A stretch of 64,000 bases of DNA from Rickettsia typhi (GTDB lineage: Bacteria > Pseudomonadota > Alphaproteobacteria > Rickettsiales > Deianiraeaceae): NCBI GenBank assembly GCA_945898725.1, contig CAMDIK010000007.1, positions 3,859 to 67,858 on the forward strand, in the 5' to 3' direction. A program made the translations under genes and the position numbers. Below are positions 59,401 through 64,000 of the stretch, piece after piece; the stretch's first letter is position 1; each line of letters starts with the position of its first letter. Below the pieces are notes generated by a model. The model was given only the letters and a program-made list of their open reading frames with translations, made no database searches and was not told where the DNA came from.

Positions 59401-59491
59401 CGATTAGTGCCTGCACCCCCGCATAGTCAAATTCCGCCGACTGCCCTATAACAATTGGCCCGGAGCCTATAATTAAAGCTATATTACTCAT
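56447..59491 (-). CDS. carB: Carbamoyl-phosphate synthase large subunit
   Basis: Two ATP-grasp halves ([22 protein letters not shown]... and [23 protein letters not shown]...). The likely start is the MSNIALIIG methionine at 59491, overlapping the carA stop by 8 nt (aATGAGTAA), rather than the track start at 59530. Confidence 0.95.
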   Translation of the reverse strand: [1014 protein letters not shown]

Positions 59492-60554
59492 TTGATTCAC
59501 CAAACCATTCATGAAATATAAAATTTGCATCGTCCGTTCCGGGGCAAGATTCCGGGTGAAATTGAGCTGTTTTTATTAGAAATTTTTCCGATATTATACC
59601 CTCTACCGTTTCGTCATTTAGATTGACATATTTTGCCTTTACGCCATTTGGAATGCTTTCCGTTACAACGGAATAAGAGTGATTTTGCGAGATTAAAAAC
59701 ACGCGATTTGTCTCTGTGTCAATTACCGGGTGGTTTGATCCGCGATGCCCGAAAACCATTTTTTCAACCCTGCACCCAAGCGCCAGGCATATTATTTGGT
59801 GCCCAAGGCATATTCCGTAAATTGGAATTTCGCCGATTAGATCTTTGATTTGCGCGATTAAATCTGCTAAATCCGCGGGATTTCCTGGGCCATTTGATAT
59901 GATAATTCTATTTATTGAATATTTTTGGATACATTCTAAAATGTTTGCGCTGTATGGAACGATGAAAATATTGCCGAATTTTGCTAAATTATCTATAATT
60001 CCCTGTTTTACCCCGCAATCTATTAGTAAAATATTTGATTTTGCTGAATTTTCCCCGGGTATGATTACATCTTTTGCAACGCAGCTTGCCAGAATGCAGT
60101 CTTGTGTATTGATTTCAAATTCCTTGATTAATTCGCTACTTTTTTCGCGACTAAACTCTGAAGCCTTCCAAATTCCAAGTTTTTTCACCTTACCATCTCT
60201 GATTTTTTGTGTTAAATCTCTGGTGTCAAGCCCGGTAATTACGGGAATATTGTGGGAATTCAGGTAATTTACAACGCAATCTTCTGCCTCCTTCGCAATT
60301 AGGCAAGATATTTTCGCTGCCTGGCTTTGACTTACCAAAGAATTTAGATTGTAATTTCCGATCAAAGGGTATGTCATTACCACGGTTTGCTGCGCATAAG
60401 ATGGGTCAGTAAAAATTTCCTGATACCCAGTCATGCTTGTATTGAAAACCAATTCCGATATAATGGAATCTACTTTAACCTGCGAATAAAACGATATTTC
60501 TAAACCGTTATCAAATAAACATATATAATTTTCCATTCCTGGGGCGCATAGCAC
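59484..60554 (-). CDS. carA: Carbamoyl-phosphate synthase small (glutaminase) subunit
   Basis: GICLGHQ and the triad region HRGSNHPV...FHPE. The track start at 60554 is GTG; an ATG at 60536 is an alternative. Confidence 0.92.
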   Translation of the reverse strand: MLCAPGMENYICLFDNGLEISFYSQVKVDSIISELVFNTSMTGYQEIFTDPSYAQQTVVMTYPLIGNYNLNSLVSQSQAAKISCLIAKEAEDCVVNYLNSHNIPVITGLDTRDLTQKIRDGKVKKLGIWKASEFSREKSSELIKEFEINTQDCILASCVAKDVIIPGENSAKSNILLIDCGVKQGIIDNLAKFGNIFIVPYSANILECIQKYSINRIIISNGPGNPADLADLIAQIKDLIGEIPIYGICLGHQIICLALGCRVEKMVFGHRGSNHPVIDTETNRVFLISQNHSYSVVTESIPNGVKAKYVNLNDETVEGIISEKFLIKTAQFHPESCPGTDDANFIFHEWFGESNE

Positions 60555-60588
60555 TAACTTAGGTTACAACTTTCTTGACAAGCTAGCT

Positions 60589-61962
60589 TTAATTGTCAAT
60601 ATTATTTTTCATAATTTGAATAAATTCCTCTTTTTTTATCATTCCTGTGTAAACTTTCCCCGATGGATTTTTGTGATTTGCTACATAAATTGAAGGAATT
60701 CCGTGAATTTTATTGTCTTTCATGAAGTCTTCCGCCTCCTTATTCCCCTTATTCGTTATGTCTGCAACCATGTAAATAACGCCAGCATTTTCTATAATTT
60801 CGCTAACATCTGTCGAATTAAACAGGTATAAATCCATAATTTTACAAGTAAGGCACCAATCTGCAGTAAATCTTACAATCACGGTCTTGTTTTGAAAAAT
60901 ATATTTCTCCAGCTTTTCTACGTCAAAATCTATAGCTTTTGGCTTTTCCAGGGTGCTGTATTTATAATCAAGATACATTTTAGCGCCAGAGGTTGTAACA
61001 AAAGTGGCAAGAATGAAAATCATCAGCCAAATAACTACATTAATAACACGATTCGATTTTTTCACGGTAAAAAATAACAAAATTCCAAATAATAGTGTGC
61101 CATTTAAAAATAAAAGTCCAGCATCATTTTGCATTAATAACCAAGAAAGCCAAATTACTGTGCAAAGCGCGATAAAATATGACACAAATTTGATAGAATT
61201 CATCCATTTTCCAGGCTTTGGAAGAATTTTTCTAGGATCTTTCATTGCCGAAATAAGTAAATATGGCATAGCAAGCCCAATGCTCATACATAGCATAGTT
61301 ACCCAGGAAATCATTGCACTATTTGATGAAACGGCAAGGGCAACAACCGAACCCATAAAAGGACCGCAACATGGGGTGGAAAGCAGTGGAATTGTAAGGC
61401 CGTGAATTAATCCTGAAAAAAATGGACCCTTATGCGGCTTGCCAACCTCGTGAGAGTAAATTGCTTTATTCGCCGAAAGCCCAAACACGAAAAACATCAG
61501 CAAAATTCCAAGCATTAGGTAATTTTCGTCTTGAAGATAGCTACCCCACTGGTAAATTTCTTGTTTTTCCTTCGCTTTTGCAATTGCCAGACCGATAAAT
61601 CCAAAAAAAGCAACAATTCCCGTTGCCGTTCCAATGCAAGAATAACGCACCGCGCGCCTGTCATTTTTCTTTGAAAGTTTTGCAATACTTATTGCTTTTA
61701 TTGACAAAACAGGCAGTACGCAGGGCATGAAATTCATTGCAAGCCCGCTTAAAATTGCATATAATATATGATAAAAAATTGACCTTTGCGTTAGGCTTTC
61801 TTCGGCTTTTTCCTCATGGCAATGGGTATTTTTTGCACTTTTTGCGTCCAGATATTTCTGCGTTGAATGCTTTAAAGTGTGATGGCTGCCCGTGCAGGTT
61901 TTTGCAAAAGAATCACACGGATTGCAAAATATAATAATCAAAATAGCCAATAGAAGCTTCAT
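60589..61962 (-). CDS. dsbD: Thiol:disulfide interchange protein DsbD-like (CcdA-type membrane domain plus C-terminal thioredoxin-fold domain)
   Basis: Signal peptide, a polytopic core with the conserved Cys-containing motifs NFMPCVLPVL and STPCCGPF, and a C-terminal thioredoxin-like domain with DWCLTCK. Confidence 0.75.
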   Translation of the reverse strand: MKLLLAILIIIFCNPCDSFAKTCTGSHHTLKHSTQKYLDAKSAKNTHCHEEKAEESLTQRSIFYHILYAILSGLAMNFMPCVLPVLSIKAISIAKLSKKNDRRAVRYSCIGTATGIVAFFGFIGLAIAKAKEKQEIYQWGSYLQDENYLMLGILLMFFVFGLSANKAIYSHEVGKPHKGPFFSGLIHGLTIPLLSTPCCGPFMGSVVALAVSSNSAMISWVTMLCMSIGLAMPYLLISAMKDPRKILPKPGKWMNSIKFVSYFIALCTVIWLSWLLMQNDAGLLFLNGTLLFGILLFFTVKKSNRVINVVIWLMIFILATFVTTSGAKMYLDYKYSTLEKPKAIDFDVEKLEKYIFQNKTVIVRFTADWCLTCKIMDLYLFNSTDVSEIIENAGVIYMVADITNKGNKEAEDFMKDNKIHGIPSIYVANHKNPSGKVYTGMIKKEEFIQIMKNNIDN

Positions 61963-62025
61963 TTTTTCGCAATAAACTTAAATCTCTTAAGGCTTTATAT
62001 ATTTATATAAATTGCAAGCAAAAAT

Positions 62026-62307
62026 TCAAAAAGCAATGCACGTTGAACTTTTTGGCTTATCCATTTCACTCAATTCATCTCTGATACTTGAAAGTCTTTG
62101 CGCCAGCAGGCTTTGACGCTCTTTTTCGCTGGTAATTTCCTCCTGCGATCTTGCCGGGGCATAGATATTGCGCTTATCATTTTGCTGATTCTGATTAATC
62201 TTTATTAATTCCACCCTTACTTTTATAAGTTCTTTTTGCAATTCCTCTTTGGTTTCGCGGTCATTTGGCACGGTTGCTTCCATATAAGTAATAAAAAATA
62301 TAGGCAT
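62026..62307 (-). CDS. Hypothetical small coiled-coil protein
   Basis: An ORF of 93 aa (85 aa from the second Met) with charged heptad-like sequence. No recognisable family, so coding status is uncertain. Confidence 0.3.
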   Translation of the reverse strand: MPIFFITYMEATVPNDRETKEELQKELIKVRVELIKINQNQQNDKRNIYAPARSQEEITSEKERQSLLAQRLSSIRDELSEMDKPKSSTCIAF

Positions 62308-62399
62308 ATTATATCACAATATTTTGCATAAATCAAGAAAATTTTACTTGCTTAATATTGTAAATCTGTTTAGCAAATTTATGCTTGTGCTTTATACCG

Positions 62400-63011
62400 A
62401 TGGAATATTTTATAACTTTTGCATTTACGCACTTTTTGGCAACATTTGGGCCGGGTTTATGCACTTTCGCTGTTATAAAATCGGGAATTTTGCACGGTTT
62501 TGCCAGCGCAAAAAAAGTTGCAATATCCGTTGCCACAATTGATAGTATCTACGGAATATTGGCGGTTATCGGGCTTGGAGAGTTGATATCTTCCTCGGAA
62601 TTTGTTGCAAAAATTGTGCAATTTTTTTCCGGCGGATATTTGCTTTTTCTGGGAATTTACACTATATATGGATACTTGAAAAATAGGTCCAAGGGTGCCG
62701 GAGTGCCTGATGATGGCGTGGTTTCTGCGGGCAAGAATTTTTATATATATGGCATTGTAAATGGGCTTTTGAATATCAAAACAATCATTCTTTATATTGC
62801 AATTTTGTCTGAATTGATGAGAATTTTGACAATACCTGAAAAAATTGGTTATGTATTTTGGTTTGTAATCATGAATTTTGCAATTTATTTATTTATGGCG
62901 CGATTTGTGCAAGTTGCGGTAATTAGAAAATTTATGCTTGAAAAATTCGAGATAATAAATTTAGCATTCGGCATAATGCTTATAGCTTCTGCGTTAAAAA
63001 TACTAACATAA
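62400..63011 (+). CDS. LysE/RhtB-family amino-acid exporter
   Basis: About 203 aa and 5-6 TMs, with N-terminal FLATFGPGLCTFAVIKSGILHG typical of the LysE translocator family. The track start at 62385 is TTG; an ATG at 62400 is listed here. Confidence 0.7.
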   Translation: MEYFITFAFTHFLATFGPGLCTFAVIKSGILHGFASAKKVAISVATIDSIYGILAVIGLGELISSSEFVAKIVQFFSGGYLLFLGIYTIYGYLKNRSKGAGVPDDGVVSAGKNFYIYGIVNGLLNIKTIILYIAILSELMRILTIPEKIGYVFWFVIMNFAIYLFMARFVQVAVIRKFMLEKFEIINLAFGIMLIASALKILT

Positions 63012-63503
63012 TTACTTATTCTGCAGTGATTCCAGAAGATTTATCATTTTATCCGGGTTCATTTTTTCAAAATATTCCTTGTTATTAAGCTGAACAATTG
63101 GCGCCCCTGTGCAAGCTCCTAGACATTCAACCTCTGAAAATGAAATATCCTTATTACTGGTTAGTGTATCTTTGTCTACTCCAAGAATTTTTTGACAAGT
63201 TTCAAGTAGATTTTTCGACCCAACCAGGTGACACGGAACTGTTCCGCAAATTTGTATATGATTTTTTCCAACATCCACAAGGTTGTACATTGTGTAAAAT
63301 GAAGCAACTTCGTAGACTTTTATTACTGGAATTGATAAAAAACTTGCAACATATTCTAGCTTTTCTTTGGTTAAAATATTTTCACCATCTTGCTCCTGTG
63401 CAATCCACAGTAACGCCATAATTGCAGATTTCTCTTTTCCGCTGGGATATTTTTGCAACTCAACCTTGGCTTTTTCTAAATTTATTTCACTAAAAGAAAA
63501 CAT
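63012..63503 (-). CDS. nuoE: NADH-quinone oxidoreductase subunit E (24-kDa, 2Fe-2S)
   Basis: IQICGTVPCHLVGS ... VECLGACTGAPIVQLN, the four-Cys 2Fe-2S pattern. No other nuo gene lies adjacent. Confidence 0.88.
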   Translation of the reverse strand: MFSFSEINLEKAKVELQKYPSGKEKSAIMALLWIAQEQDGENILTKEKLEYVASFLSIPVIKVYEVASFYTMYNLVDVGKNHIQICGTVPCHLVGSKNLLETCQKILGVDKDTLTSNKDISFSEVECLGACTGAPIVQLNNKEYFEKMNPDKMINLLESLQNK

Positions 63504-63511
63504 AGTAAATT

Positions 63512-64000
63512 TTAATAATGAATATCCGAGTTGGCAATTTTCCCTTTGAAAATACGGTAATTCTTGAAAAAATACATCAGCACTATCAAGAGAACCATTA
63601 TCATTAAAGGGAACATCATACTAAAACCATTCATTTCTGGGTGGAATTTTGGCTGATATATATCCAAAACTCTAGGAACAATGTACGGGTACGTGATGCA
63701 AACCAAAATTATCCCGCCATATAGGGCAAAAAGATAGGAAAGTAGCAGATTATTCATGTCTGTGTGGCGGCGCTGGTGTATTATATGAAGAATGGAGTAA
63801 TTTGCAAATATTGACCATGCAATAATCGCTTTTCTCCATGGCGAAGATAGTATTATTGACCGCAAATTTTCATTTGCAAACACAAGAATTGTCAGCAAAA
63901 TGCTAGATAAAAGCAGTAATTTTGTAACTTTTTTTACAATGTTGCACGCCAGTGTGTGTAACTCACCTTCAGTTTTCATCGCAATCCAGTTTCCGCCAAT
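63512..64000 (-). CDS. cydB: Cytochrome bd ubiquinol oxidase subunit II, C-terminal part (gene continues past the right edge)
   Basis: The frame is open to the window end (…IGGNWIAMKTEGELH…). The C-terminus, PLMIMVLLIVLMYFFKNYRIFKGKIANSDIHY, resembles the CydB tail (…YxxWxYxxFxGK…). The track Met at 63979 is probably internal. Confidence 0.6.
   Translation of the reverse strand: MGGNWIAMKTEGELHTLACNIVKKVTKLLLLSSILLTILVFANENLRSIILSSPWRKAIIAWSIFANYSILHIIHQRRHTDMNNLLLSYLFALYGGIILVCITYPYIVPRVLDIYQPKFHPEMNGFSMMFPLMIMVLLIVLMYFFKNYRIFKGKIANSDIHY

Noticed and set aside
63012-64000. nuoE standing alone directly downstream of cydB instead of inside a nuo operon
   Set aside because: Scattered nuo genes are common in reduced alphaproteobacterial genomes, and the adjacent gene is cut by the window edge. 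There is not enough context to claim anything unusual.

Overview
This is a gene-dense, AT-rich window with no transposases, integrases, CRISPR arrays or tRNA genes that I could find. The 16S rRNA has alphaproteobacterial features and is not followed by a 23S gene. The gene content also fits a reduced, Rickettsiales-like alphaproteobacterial symbiont: tolQRA, lpxI/lpxA/fabZ, bamA, scattered mnh and nuo subunits, and a renalase-like oxidoreductase. Most of the window is housekeeping (glyS, lpdA, recA, maeB, rnj, nrdA, rpmH, fusA, pdhC, folP, folBK, erpA, alaS and others). Five things stand out. (1) A nine-gene, translationally coupled arginine operon lies on the minus strand at 48530-60554. Its carbamoyltransferase is the N-acyl-ornithine (ArgF') type with the Bacteroides-like DKPEH motif. 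It also holds two unusual ORFs where standard genes are missing: a Walker-A protein of unknown family, and an AstE/AspA-type zinc deacylase fused in frame to a degenerate MurB-like domain. (2) Three lineage-specific ORFs of 401, about 1245 and 541 aa are inserted in a housekeeping gene string at 35085-45690. Each sits 24-25 nt downstream of a perfect TTGACA-17nt-TATAAT promoter, and two of the promoters share a 33-nt cassette. The 541-aa protein carries a motif resembling the catalytic loop of type II phosphatidylinositol 4-kinases, plus a K/E-rich repeat. (3) The 16S rRNA lacks the CCUCC anti-Shine-Dalgarno core and has substitutions at normally invariant positions, one of them with a compensatory partner. 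(4) A 122-bp tandem duplication spans the lpxA/mnhC junction. (5) A tight three-gene membrane-protein cluster at 12995-15846 has an architecture recalling PilM/N-PilO-PilP or GspL-M-C. All functional calls come from reading the translations and recalling family motifs. No database search was run.
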